This document shows, piece after piece, positions 9,770 to 18,682 of a stretch of 64,000 nt of DNA (its first letter is position 1; each line of letters opens with the position of its first letter). Under the pieces are notes generated by a model that was not told where the DNA came from, ran no database searches, and saw only the letters and a program-made list of their open reading frames with translations. A program made the translations under genes and the position numbers. This stretch comes from an uncultured Thermoleophilia bacterium (GTDB lineage Bacteria; Actinomycetota; Thermoleophilia; Solirubrobacterales; CAVPYU01), in NCBI GenBank assembly GCA_963710065.1, contig CAVPYU010000001.1, positions 84,705 to 148,704 of the forward strand. Reading direction: 5' to 3'.

Positions 9770-10990
9770 CTACTTGCCGCGCGGCGTATCTGCGGGAACA
9801 GCGCGCCAGATCCCCTCGCCGGTTGCGACAAGCGGATGACCTTGCTCGAGTACGACAGCGCCCGACGCTGAGAAGATCTCTGACGGGAACGGGATCCTTA
9901 CCCAGGTGTTATCTCCTCTGTAGCGATAGACCCTGCCTCCTGGCGTGTCTGCGCGGACACCAAAGGCCCAAAGATCGTCGCTACCGGTGCCGGCGATCTC
10001 GTCAAAACCTAGACGTGCGCCTTCAGCGTTGTCGTTGCAGGGATGTCCGTCGCAGTCTCCCTGCCCGACGTTGTCGATCAGTTTCTGCGATTTCCAGCTG
10101 CGACCGGAATTGCCTGACATGGCCAGGTCTCCACCGGACCCCGCAACCAGATTGATCGCGATCGTCTTGCCCTTATCGTCCGACCATACCGAGCTGCTCG
10201 AGGCACCAATCTTCCGGGCCTCACCGTGCTTCGATAGCTTGTAAGTGCCTGACCAGCCGGCCATCAACGTTCTTGGCCCGTTTGTATCGATGTCGTAGAA
10301 GGCGCAAGATGGGCCAGAACTGCTCTTTCGCCATCTGCTGCTGCTGGTTTTCAGCACCAGGCCCTTCCCACCGGCAGCCAAAAAGCTGTTTCCTTTCTTT
10401 GAAGCGGTGCTTGCCTTTCCCTTACTTTTGTTTTTCTTTCGGGTTGCAATGGTCAGCATCTGTTGCGTTACGGTGCGTTTGGCGATCTTACCTTCTCGCC
10501 AGAGCCACGAGCGTCCCTGTTTAGAGGGAGTCGAGTAAGAACCGCCGCCCTGATTGAAAGTATCTATCGCTGCGGCGGCAACTCTGTGTCCGTCGTCCGA
10601 GATAGCAACGCGCATAAAGCCGAAACCGTCGTTTTTACCGTCATACTCGCTGAAGAGCTTTACAACGTTGCCGCCATCCGCGTCCATCTTGTAGACGTGG
10701 CAGCCGACAGCCTCGCACATCTGTGTCTCTAACAGACCATCCATCGTGTTTGGAACACCGGCGATAACGATCGGGCCGTCGGGCGTGCGCTGATCGATCG
10801 CAATGGCTGCATATTCGGGAGCAACTCTCTGCCACTGCATCTGCTGCCCGTCTGCACCGGCAAAAGTGACGTTTTGCGCAGAAACGTGAAGGCGCAGATC
10901 CTGGCTGTACGCAGTATTAGCCCAGAAAAAAGTTGTCACAAGCGCCAGCGCTGCGCTTGCAATGACCAAAAGCGGTATCCGTACGCTCAT
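9770..10990 (-). CDS. Secreted hypothetical protein with BNR/propeller-like motifs
   Basis: Long ORF, signal peptide, SGNSGRSW Asp-box-like motif, C-terminal GIWR. Confidence 0.65.
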   Translation of the reverse strand: MSVRIPLLVIASAALALVTTFFWANTAYSQDLRLHVSAQNVTFAGADGQQMQWQRVAPEYAAIAIDQRTPDGPIVIAGVPNTMDGLLETQMCEAVGCHVYKMDADGGNVVKLFSEYDGKNDGFGFMRVAISDDGHRVAAAAIDTFNQGGGSYSTPSKQGRSWLWREGKIAKRTVTQQMLTIATRKKNKSKGKASTASKKGNSFLAAGGKGLVLKTSSSRWRKSSSGPSCAFYDIDTNGPRTLMAGWSGTYKLSKHGEARKIGASSSSVWSDDKGKTIAINLVAGSGGDLAMSGNSGRSWKSQKLIDNVGQGDCDGHPCNDNAEGARLGFDEIAGTGSDDLWAFGVRADTPGGRVYRYRGDNTWVRIPFPSEIFSASGAVVLEQGHPLVATGEGIWRAVPADTPRGK

Positions 10991-11088
10991 CTTTTGACCT
11001 TTCCGTGATCGATATGCAGTTTTTTGCTCTCTGCTTATAAGAACCCACAGCCGCTAAATGTTGCGCACTGTAAGCTGCTTCAACCGGC

Positions 11089-11763
11089 TTACATTTGCGC
11101 TACAAAGATCGCTTCAGCGCCCGTAAACTCCATGGAGAGACCGTTGAGCCCGGCCTCTTTGAACCAGCGCTTGTAGTCTGCCTCGGATCCACCCGGACCG
11201 AAAGGCCCCGCCATTTGAAGAAACTTAAGGAGTAGATTGTTCGGTAGCCCTCGGTCGCGAACCAAGGTTGCGCCTATCAGGCGCCCACCTGGGCGCAGGC
11301 AGCGTGCCATTTCAGCGATCGCCGCTTCCGGGTTCGGAAAGCAGTGCAGACCGTTGAAGCAGATGCAGAGATCGATGCTTGCATCTTCAAGTGGCAGCTC
11401 TTCAACGCTGGCCTCGACGAACTCGATCTGTTTAAGCTCGCGTTTTTCTGCTTCGCGCCGTGCACGTTCCTGCATCTCTGTTGCGATATCAACAGCTAGA
11501 TAGCGCACATCTTGTTCCGGATTTAGATAACGAAACACAACGCCGCCACCACAAGGAATATCGAGGATGGTGCTGCCGTCTTCCGCTTCTGCAACGCAGG
11601 CCATGCTCTCATACATCAGGCGGGTGTCCATCCTCCACATCAACCATCCCGCAACTCGTCCTAAGAGCTCGTGCTCGACACCATAGTCGTAGATAGAGCC
11701 AACAATTCCATCGTACGGGATATTCGGTCGGAAATGGTCAAGAATCCCAGAGATTGATGGCAT
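11089..11763 (-). CDS. Class I SAM-dependent methyltransferase
   Basis: ILDIPCGGG motif I; LRPGG motif. Confidence 0.85.
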   Translation of the reverse strand: MPSISGILDHFRPNIPYDGIVGSIYDYGVEHELLGRVAGWLMWRMDTRLMYESMACVAEAEDGSTILDIPCGGGVVFRYLNPEQDVRYLAVDIATEMQERARREAEKRELKQIEFVEASVEELPLEDASIDLCICFNGLHCFPNPEAAIAEMARCLRPGGRLIGATLVRDRGLPNNLLLKFLQMAGPFGPGGSEADYKRWFKEAGLNGLSMEFTGAEAIFVAQM

Positions 11764-11792
11764 AGATGCAAAGGCTAGTCGAAGGTTAATAG

Positions 11793-11820
11793 TTGTGGGC
11801 GGCAGAGACTGCCACCCACA
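11793..11820. terminator. Stem-loop downstream of arsM, candidate terminator
   Basis: TGTGGGCGGCAG-AGA-CTGCCACCCACA inverted repeat; no clear U tract. Confidence 0.4.
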
Positions 11821-11873
11821 TTTATAAAGGATCGTCGTTTAGCGTTTTTAACTATTCATTGACTCAAGCCGAA

Positions 11874-12638
11874 CTAACTGGACGGCTTTCGTGCCCTTAC
11901 GATCGCCGAGTAGACGTAGTCGTGGACCTCGTGAGTTCTTTCGATCTCCACCTGTTCGAAGCCGGCTCCTTCTAGGAGCTCGGTGAACTCGGTGTCGGTT
12001 AACGCCCCGGCTACGCATCCGGTCCACTTTGCGATGTCGTTCCGTGTTTTTTCATCCATATCTGGCTCGGCAAGGACGTCGGTCACCGAGAAGCGACCTC
12101 CGGGCTTTAAGACCCTGAACGAGTCCTGCAGCACCTTACTCTTGTCTGCAGAGAGGTTTATCACGCAGTTCGAGATGACGACATCGACTGTCTCGTCAGC
12201 CAAAGGAATGTCTTCTATATATCCCTTGAGCCATTCGACGTTTTTGAAATCGGCATTGTCTGCGTTTTTTCGGGCGACCTCGAGCATCTCGTCTGTCATG
12301 TCCAGGCCGTAGACCTTGCCGGTCGGGCCGACACGCTTGGCCGAGACCAGAACGTCGGTCCCGGTGCCGGACCCGAGGTCGAGAACCGCTTCGCCCTCCG
12401 CCAGATCCGCAACGGCGGTCGGGTTACCGCAACCTAGTGATGTGTTTGCCACAGCGTGGGTTGCCGCATCTCTTTCCTCAGCGTTGTAGAAAACACCACC
12501 CAACGATGCCTCAGCCGTTTGGTCTCCGCAGCAGCTGGTTTCGCACCCTGCCTTGTCGGCCTCTTTTGCCGCACCGGCGTATGTTTCACGTACCGCCTCG
12601 CGAATTTCTTCTTGATCGGCTTCTTTTACCTTAGCCAT
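11874..12638 (-). CDS. arsM: Arsenite S-adenosylmethyltransferase
   Basis: CCG, SLGCGNP, LDLGSG, SNCVINL, WTGCVAGA cysteine motifs; ATG 12638 after GGAGGTG; follows ArsR. Confidence 0.9.
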   Translation of the reverse strand: MAKVKEADQEEIREAVRETYAGAAKEADKAGCETSCCGDQTAEASLGGVFYNAEERDAATHAVANTSLGCGNPTAVADLAEGEAVLDLGSGTGTDVLVSAKRVGPTGKVYGLDMTDEMLEVARKNADNADFKNVEWLKGYIEDIPLADETVDVVISNCVINLSADKSKVLQDSFRVLKPGGRFSVTDVLAEPDMDEKTRNDIAKWTGCVAGALTDTEFTELLEGAGFEQVEIERTHEVHDYVYSAIVRARKPSS

Positions 12639-12979
12639 CTCTGCACCTCCTGTAGGTTGTCTTCTATCACGTAGTAGTAGGCCCAAAGTCCCTGTCTTTC
12701 GACTCCCACGATGCCGGCATCGCGCAGCACCTTCAGATGGTGTGAGATGGTCGGCTGTGAGAGGTCAAACAGTGGAATCAGCTCACAGACGCAGGCCTTG
12801 CCGGCGTCGCGCCTCAATACGTCTACAAGCTGAACCCTCACCGGGTCGGCCAATGCCTTGACCGTCTTTGCGATCTGGGCCGCCTGGTCCTTATCGATCT
12901 TCGGATAAGCGACCGGCTGGCAGCAGACCTCGCCCGCTTGACGTTTCTGCTTTGGCTCTAGTGTTATATCGATACTCAT
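12626..12979 (-). CDS. arsR: ArsR/SmtB family As-responsive repressor
   Basis: N-terminal CC, ALADPVR, CVCEL, SQPTISHHL. Confidence 0.88.
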   Translation of the reverse strand: MSIDITLEPKQKRQAGEVCCQPVAYPKIDKDQAAQIAKTVKALADPVRVQLVDVLRRDAGKACVCELIPLFDLSQPTISHHLKVLRDAGIVGVERQGLWAYYYVIEDNLQEVQRWLR

Positions 12980-12986
12980 CGATGTA

Positions 12987-13017
12987 AGAGTATCAGCCTA
13001 TATTGATGTTTGTCAAT
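12987..13017 (-). promoter_or_regulatory. ars promoter (TTGACA-18-TACTCT, leaderless) overlapped by ArsR operator-like inverted repeat
   Basis: Minus strand TTGACA (13011-13016), TACTCT (12987-12992) 7 nt before ATG; ATTGA-N6-TCAAT at 13002-13017. Confidence 0.65.
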
Positions 13018-13063
13018 GTAGTCGATCTAATGTTGGCATGCCAAATCACTTGCATGCGAAAGC

Positions 13064-13103
13064 CGGGGCATTCCAAACCTCACCGACCCGAACAATGCGC
13101 TAC
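13064..13103 (-). mobile_element. att-like remnant: degenerate copy of tRNA-Pro 3' part
   Basis: ACCTCACCGACCCGAAC at 13077-13093 is identical to tRNA 15180-15196; flanked by CGGGGC (acceptor end) and TGCGCTAC. Confidence 0.7.
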
Positions 13104-14356
13104 TGCGCAGCCCACAAGGCCGATACAGGTGCCAACCAGAGTCGATCGCCGAAAGGCACGCTTTCACTTCCCGTATAGATGATGACACCGGCCTGAAAAC
13201 GATCACCAAGCTTTTCCCTGAGATGCTCTAAACCACGAAAGTCCTTTTTAGTTACAGTTGCTGCAAGCTTTACCTCAACTCCGCAAACATCCCCAGAGTT
13301 ATTCTCAAGAACTATGTCAACTTCCATGCCACCCGCCGTGCGGTAGTGGTAGAAACGAACCTTTGTTTCAGCCCAAGAGGATTGCTTGAGCAATTCAATG
13401 CCCACAAAGTTTTCAAAGAGTGATCCTGGAACACCTGTATCGTCTCTTTCGATACGTGTAGCGTCAAATCCGAGGAGATGAGCTGCCAGGCCACTGTCGG
13501 TGAGCCAAGTTTTTGGGCTCTTAATAAGTCTTTGGCCAACATTCTTACGCCACGCCGGGATTAGCTGGATTAGATAAACCGCCTCAAGCAGTTTTAAGTA
13601 ACGAGCGACCGTCATTCGTGGGATGCCAAGATCCCGAGCCACGGAAGATAAATTCAGCAGACCGGCGATGCGACCGGCGACAAGCCTTAGCAGTGTGGGA
13701 ACCTCCCCAAGCTCATGAATATTGGATAGATCGCGAACATCCCGTTCTATGACGGTGCCAATATAGTTTTCATACCAGTAATCGCGCCTCTCCGGCTGGT
13801 CACGTTTTATGGCCTCGGGGTAACCACCCTGCACAAGAGCCCCACTGATGCATGAGCGACCGGCTCCAGCGCCGCTCACAGTCGGCAACTTTCCTTTAAA
13901 GAGTGAATCGACAAACGATTCTCGAACACCACGCAACTCACCTTGCGACAGGGGCCACAGTGGAAGTCGCTCTACGCGACCTGCCAAAGATTCAGAGACA
14001 CGCAATGAAGTCCAAATATTGGTAGATCCAGTTAGCAGGAAAAGGCCAGATGCCGAATTATTCCCCTCGTAACGAATGTCATCAACAGCTTGCTTTATCG
14101 CACGAAGCAGTTCTGGCGCCCGTTGAACCTCGTCTATGACTACAGGTGTATCCAAGTCGGCAATGAAACCGGCCGGATCAGACCCTGCAATAGACATCAC
14201 GGCATCCTCGTCGAGGCTCAGGTAGCGTGCGCCTATGTCATCGGCCACCATACGAATCAATGTACTCTTTCCAACCTGCCGAGCCCCGGTCAAGAGCACG
14301 ACAGGTGTGTCTGCAAGAGTCGCATTGATACTTGATCTTATGTGTCGTTTAAACAC
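13100..14356 (-). CDS. AAA_14 ATPase with C-terminal DUF4143 (PD-(D/E)xK-like) domain
   Basis: GARQVGKST Walker A, IDEVQR Walker B, LTGS, ESLAGR, EVD...EVK; likely GTG start 14356 (7 nt after TGGTATGCT), alternative 14416. Confidence 0.88.
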   Translation of the reverse strand: MFKRHIRSSINATLADTPVVLLTGARQVGKSTLIRMVADDIGARYLSLDEDAVMSIAGSDPAGFIADLDTPVVIDEVQRAPELLRAIKQAVDDIRYEGNNSASGLFLLTGSTNIWTSLRVSESLAGRVERLPLWPLSQGELRGVRESFVDSLFKGKLPTVSGAGAGRSCISGALVQGGYPEAIKRDQPERRDYWYENYIGTVIERDVRDLSNIHELGEVPTLLRLVAGRIAGLLNLSSVARDLGIPRMTVARYLKLLEAVYLIQLIPAWRKNVGQRLIKSPKTWLTDSGLAAHLLGFDATRIERDDTGVPGSLFENFVGIELLKQSSWAETKVRFYHYRTAGGMEVDIVLENNSGDVCGVEVKLAATVTKKDFRGLEHLREKLGDRFQAGVIIYTGSESVPFGDRLWLAPVSALWAAQ

Positions 14357-14560
14357 GATGCCAAGCATACCAGCAATGCCTGATATATGACCATTCTTAG
14401 TCTGATTATTGCCCATCCTACATATGTTATTCGCTCAGCTAGTTGCTTATTTTTAACCACTTATTTGGAGTCCGTTATGTACGCGATGCCCAACCCACCG
14501 TCTTGGCCGTGAAGATGCCGAGCTGAGATTACACAGAAGAGCCTGGCTTACAGAAGCGAA

Positions 14561-14696
14561 TTTCGTAGTGAGATTCGAAGAGTGCCGTTTACTACAGCTC
14601 CGGCGTGGAAGCGGGTCTCGTAGCGAGCTTCGGTCAGTGGCGCAAGCTACCGCCTCGGCATGGAAATTCCAAATCGTTCGAATTTCTTCATATCAT
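14561..14696 (+). repeat. Two-unit structured dispersed repeat, copy A
   Basis: 25-nt exact match (14571-14595) to reverse complement of 28610-28634; GGGTCTCGTAG...CTAC units. Confidence 0.8.
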
Positions 14697-14707
14697 TGGC
14701 TTTTCTT

Positions 14708-15166
14708 CTGCGAACCGAGGATCGGTTCAAATCCGACACACACGGTTACGTCATTTCAGGCCACTCTTTTTCTTGGGGTGAGCGTTAAGCGAACCCCATA
14801 GTTGTTCGCGACTTTGCGCCGGGATCGACTGTCAAGGTCGCAAAGCTCCCTTGACAGTCACTCATCGGGCTTGCTGATTAGCAAACCCTGCGACCGCGTC
14901 TTGCCCGGACGTGAGCAAAGTCGCAATCGGGGCGCTCGGGCTCGCATGTCAACCATGGCTGGTTGACATGCTCCCATCGGGCCTGCTTGATAGCAGACCC
15001 TGCGAACCGAGCCTCGGTTCAAATCCGCAACACACGCTTACGTCATTCCAGGCCATTCTTTATCTTGGGGTGAGCGATTAGCGAACCACATAGTTGTTCG
15101 CGACTTTGCGCCGGGCAAGACCGCGTCTTGCCCGGACGTGAGCAAAGTCGCAATCGGGGCGCTCGG
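14708..15166. repeat. Tandem units containing tRNA-Pro T-arm/acceptor fragments and inserted hairpin modules
   Basis: 14708-14823 ~ 15000-15115; 14892-14939 = 15119-15166. Confidence 0.85.
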
Positions 15167-15227
15167 ATTTGAACCGAGGACCTCACCGACCCGAACGGTG
15201 CGCGCTACCAAGCTGCGCCACGCCCCG
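15154..15227 (-). tRNA. tRNA-Pro(CGG)
   Basis: CGGGGCGTGGCGCAGCTTGGTAGCGCG CACCG TTCGGGT CGGTG AGGTC CTCGG TTCAAAT CCGAG CGCCCCGA; complete cloverleaf, no encoded CCA. Confidence 0.96.
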
Positions 15228-15306
15228 AAAAGGTAAAGCTAGCAGGCCAAAAACAGTTTGATCGACACCAACCGCTACCTTCTACAAGATTATCGGTGAT
15301 AACGAA

Positions 15307-15549
15307 CTATCCCGCAACGGCCTTGTAGTAGCGCACAGCTAGACCGGTAACCAACGTCTGAAAACACTCCTCGATAGTGAGGCCGTTACTGTCTGCGTAT
15401 GCGCCCAAGCCCTGTTTCTCGATCGAGACACTCTGATTTACAACTTCATCGACCAGCTCAGGGTGTTCGTCGGTGAAGAACGCTCCGATGCTGTAGAGGT
15501 TCGTATCCATCAGCGACTCGATGAACTGACTGTTGTCTGTTTTCGACAT
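15307..15549 (-). CDS. Small hypothetical protein
   Basis: 80-aa ORF with protein-like composition; TACCCT 7 nt upstream of ATG. Confidence 0.65.
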   Translation of the reverse strand: MSKTDNSQFIESLMDTNLYSIGAFFTDEHPELVDEVVNQSVSIEKQGLGAYADSNGLTIEECFQTLVTGLAVRYYKAVAG

Positions 15550-15803
15550 GCCCGGAAGGGTATGTGTTTTTGACCGGGTTGTGTCCGATAGTGAACGCTC
15601 AGCACATATCGTCGAATTACCGTTTCCGTTCTCCGGCCGATGTACACGCCGCCGGCCGGTGTGACTAGCAGCCAGATCGGCCGAATAACTTGGGGATTCG
15701 CTTAGCTCCTTACACGCTCATCCCCAGATTCCATTGATGTAAATGGGTGATGAATAGTTACGCCAGATATACATGTACGAGTATCTAGTAGGCTTGAGCC
15801 ACG

Positions 15804-16565
15804 ATGGCAGCAAGAGATGAGATCGTCTCCTACTTGGACGGGCTTCTAAGCCCGGATCGGTTCGACGATCTAGGGCCGAACGGACTACAGGTACCCGGCT
15901 CGGACAATGTGAGATCCATTGTCTGTGGCGTCTCTGGCCAACTTGAGCTTTTCCAGAAGGCAAGCGATGCAGGGGCACAGTTGGTGCTCGTGCACCACGG
16001 CATACTCTGGGACTTCCTACCACATCGAATAACCAGACAGATGGCCGACCGGCTCAAAACCTTGCTGGAGGCCGACATAAACCTCGTCGCCTACCACCTG
16101 CCGCTCGATGCACACCGTGAAGTAGGCAACAACGCTCTGCTCTGCCAAGGTCTTGGTCTGGAGATAGAAGATTGTGCTTTCGGTAACTATCAAGGGCAGG
16201 CGATCGGATGCGTCGGCAGGAGCGATCAGGGTTTGGGAGTGGACGTGCTTTGCAAGTCGATCGTTGAACTACTTGGAAATGAACCACTTGTTTTTGATAA
16301 CGGCCCTGAAAGGATAGAAAGGGTTGGATTTGTCTCAGGCGCGGGCTGCAAAGCTATACCGGAGGCGATTGAGCGGTCGCTAGATGCGCTTGTCACCGGT
16401 GAGCCGGCAGAACATGCGATGGCCGACGCCCGAGAGGGCGGTATCCATTTGATCGCAGCCGGCCACTATCACACTGAGAAACTGGGTGTTAAGCGCTTGG
16501 GGGAGATGCTGGCGGAAAAATTCAACGTCAAGCAGTCGTTTATAGATATCCCCAACCCGATCTAA
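15804..16565 (+). CDS. Nif3-like dinuclear metal centre protein (GTP cyclohydrolase I type 2 homolog)
   Basis: NGLQV, HHG, YHLPLDAH..GNN, GHY.TE motifs. Confidence 0.9.
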   Translation: MAARDEIVSYLDGLLSPDRFDDLGPNGLQVPGSDNVRSIVCGVSGQLELFQKASDAGAQLVLVHHGILWDFLPHRITRQMADRLKTLLEADINLVAYHLPLDAHREVGNNALLCQGLGLEIEDCAFGNYQGQAIGCVGRSDQGLGVDVLCKSIVELLGNEPLVFDNGPERIERVGFVSGAGCKAIPEAIERSLDALVTGEPAEHAMADAREGGIHLIAAGHYHTEKLGVKRLGEMLAEKFNVKQSFIDIPNPI

Positions 16566-16729
16566 GAGCCGTTCAATCGGTGTCGATCTGCCTGTTTTCG
16601 AGCTACAACCGTGTACATACGGTCTAGCGTGCTGCATAATCACATCTGCACTATTGAGGGAAGGCTTTTTAAGATAATCCAGCAGGCTTTCTAGATAAAG
16701 AACTGTTGGTGAGAGAGGGGAACAGTCTG

Positions 16730-18562
16730 ATGGAAGCAAAGATCGGCGTGGCCGCCGAGGCCTCAACTGGATCTCGTACGATGGCGGATATGCCGTACCT
16801 GTCGGCAGAGAAGAACGGGGACACGGTCGCATTCAAATACAAAGACGGTGATCAGTGGACAGATATCACCTACAAAGAGGTAGGTGAAAAGGTTGGCGAG
16901 CGTGCTAAGGGATTGATCGCGCTGGGCATCAAGCCCGAGGACCGCGTCGCAATCCTCTGCAATTCAAGGCCAGAATGGAGTTATTTCGACTTCGCCGCGC
17001 TTTCAGCCGGGGCAACGGTGGCCCCCATCTATCAGACAAACTCGCCCGAGGAGTGCCAGTACGTTCTCGAGCATTCAGAATCGCGGCTGATCATCGTCGA
17101 GGACGAGGGACAGCTCGAAAAGATAAAAAAGATCTCTGGCAACCTGCCGCTACTTGACCATATAGTGATCCTAGGAGACAAGCCGCACGACGATGCGATC
17201 TCGACTTCGGACCTAATAGAGAAGGGCAAGGACGTAAGCGACGAAGAGCTTAGAGAGCGGGTCGCGTCTGTCTCTCCTGACGATATCTGCACGATAATCT
17301 ATACATCAGGAACCACGGGGCCGCCCAAGGGCTGTGTCGTCAATCATGGTAACTACAGGAGCATGCTCGATATGATCGAGTCCGAAGCCCAGCTTGACAC
17401 CGGTCAGACCGCCTACCTATTCCTGCCCTTGGCGCACAGCTTCGCACGCTTGATTGGCTTTGCCAGTGTCGATGTGGGCGCCACCCTCGCCTTTTTCACA
17501 GCAATTCCAAATATCGTCCAGGATCTGATGGAGCTAAAGCCATCATATTTCCCGAGCGTTCCGCGTATGTTTGAAAAGATCTACACGTTGGCAACAGCTG
17601 TTGCGGAGAAAGCCGGCCCCGAGGAGCAGGAGAAATTCCGCCGGGCGGTCGAGATCGGCAAGGAGGTTCGACAGCTTCAGTTGGACGGAGGGGAGCCGGA
17701 GGGAGAGTTGGCCGAAAAGTTCGAGCTAGCAGATCGCGAGATGTTCTCAAACGTGCGCAACCTCTTTGGCGGAAACATCAAAACGGCGGTTTCGGGTGGA
17801 GCCCCGATTGCCCCAGAGATTCTGGAGTTTTTCTGGGCCTGTGGCATCTTGGTGTTGGAGGGATACGGGATGACCGAGACATCCACGGTCGCGACGATGA
17901 ACCGAGAGGACGATTTCAAGTTCGGCAGCGTAGGCAAGCCTTTGCCTGGCTGTGAGGTAAGGATCGCGGACGACGGCGAGGTACTGATCAGTGGAGCGAA
18001 CATCTTTCAGGGGTACTGGCAAGACGAGACCGCAACCAACGAGGCGATAGTCGACAGGTGGCTGCATACGGGAGATATCGGCACACTTGACGAGGACGGC
18101 TTTCTCAATATAACGGGTCGAAAGAAAGACATCATCATCACGGCCGGCGGTAAAAACATAACGCCCGCAAATATAGAGAACTCCTTAAAGCAGAACCAGT
18201 TTATCTCCGAGGCTGTAGTGCACGGCGACCGCCGTCCTTACCTAACCGCCCTTGTCACGATCGATCCGGAGGAGATAGTGCCTTGGGCCCAGGAACAAGG
18301 CCTGGAGGAGACGGACCTGGCCTCTCTAGCCAAAGATCCGAGGGTTAGAGAGCTGATCCAGCCTGCGTTCGACAAGACAAACGAAAAGATCGCCAGAGTA
18401 GAGCAGATCAAGAAGTTCACGATACTGCCAGTTCTGCTCAGCCAAGAGAGTGGCGAGCTGACCCCATCGTTGAAGGTAAAACGTAATGTCGTCAATGAGA
18501 AGTTCGCAAAGAGCTCGACTCGATGTACGAAAAGTGATCTGCGGGAACACTCGAGTACCTAG
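16730..18562 (+). CDS. Long-chain fatty acid-CoA ligase (FadD15/AMP-binding); probable 1-nt deletion near 18508-18510, true end likely 18537
   Basis: IIYTSGTTGPPKG, GYGMTE, LHTGDIG, GRKKD, ELTPSLK; adding one A gives FAKELDSMYEK*. Confidence 0.9.
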   Translation: MEAKIGVAAEASTGSRTMADMPYLSAEKNGDTVAFKYKDGDQWTDITYKEVGEKVGERAKGLIALGIKPEDRVAILCNSRPEWSYFDFAALSAGATVAPIYQTNSPEECQYVLEHSESRLIIVEDEGQLEKIKKISGNLPLLDHIVILGDKPHDDAISTSDLIEKGKDVSDEELRERVASVSPDDICTIIYTSGTTGPPKGCVVNHGNYRSMLDMIESEAQLDTGQTAYLFLPLAHSFARLIGFASVDVGATLAFFTAIPNIVQDLMELKPSYFPSVPRMFEKIYTLATAVAEKAGPEEQEKFRRAVEIGKEVRQLQLDGGEPEGELAEKFELADREMFSNVRNLFGGNIKTAVSGGAPIAPEILEFFWACGILVLEGYGMTETSTVATMNREDDFKFGSVGKPLPGCEVRIADDGEVLISGANIFQGYWQDETATNEAIVDRWLHTGDIGTLDEDGFLNITGRKKDIIITAGGKNITPANIENSLKQNQFISEAVVHGDRRPYLTALVTIDPEEIVPWAQEQGLEETDLASLAKDPRVRELIQPAFDKTNEKIARVEQIKKFTILPVLLSQESGELTPSLKVKRNVVNEKFAKSSTRCTKSDLREHSST

Positions 18563-18682
18563 TACGTCGCGTTACAGTGGTATCGCTCAAGCCGCTTTTT
18601 AAATCGTAATTTCAAGCAGTTGCGTAACTTTTCACGCCTTTTCAACTCTAACAGTGTAGACAGGGCAGATTCCCTGCCACCA

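Noticed and set aside
14568-14801. ORF MRFEECRLL..., with the same peptide in ORF 28596-28835
   Set aside because: The shared peptide just reflects the DNA repeat; flanks are unrelated and there is no coding signal.
14824-15003. Hammerhead ribozyme (CCGATGAG resembles CUGAUGA) or c-di-GMP-I riboswitch (GTCGCAAAGC)
   Set aside because: No GAAA after stem II, the second copy lacks the core, and the other riboswitch elements are missing.
14561-15166. Possible CRISPR array
   Set aside because: Units are long, few and degenerate, with no constant repeat/unique spacer pattern and no cas genes.
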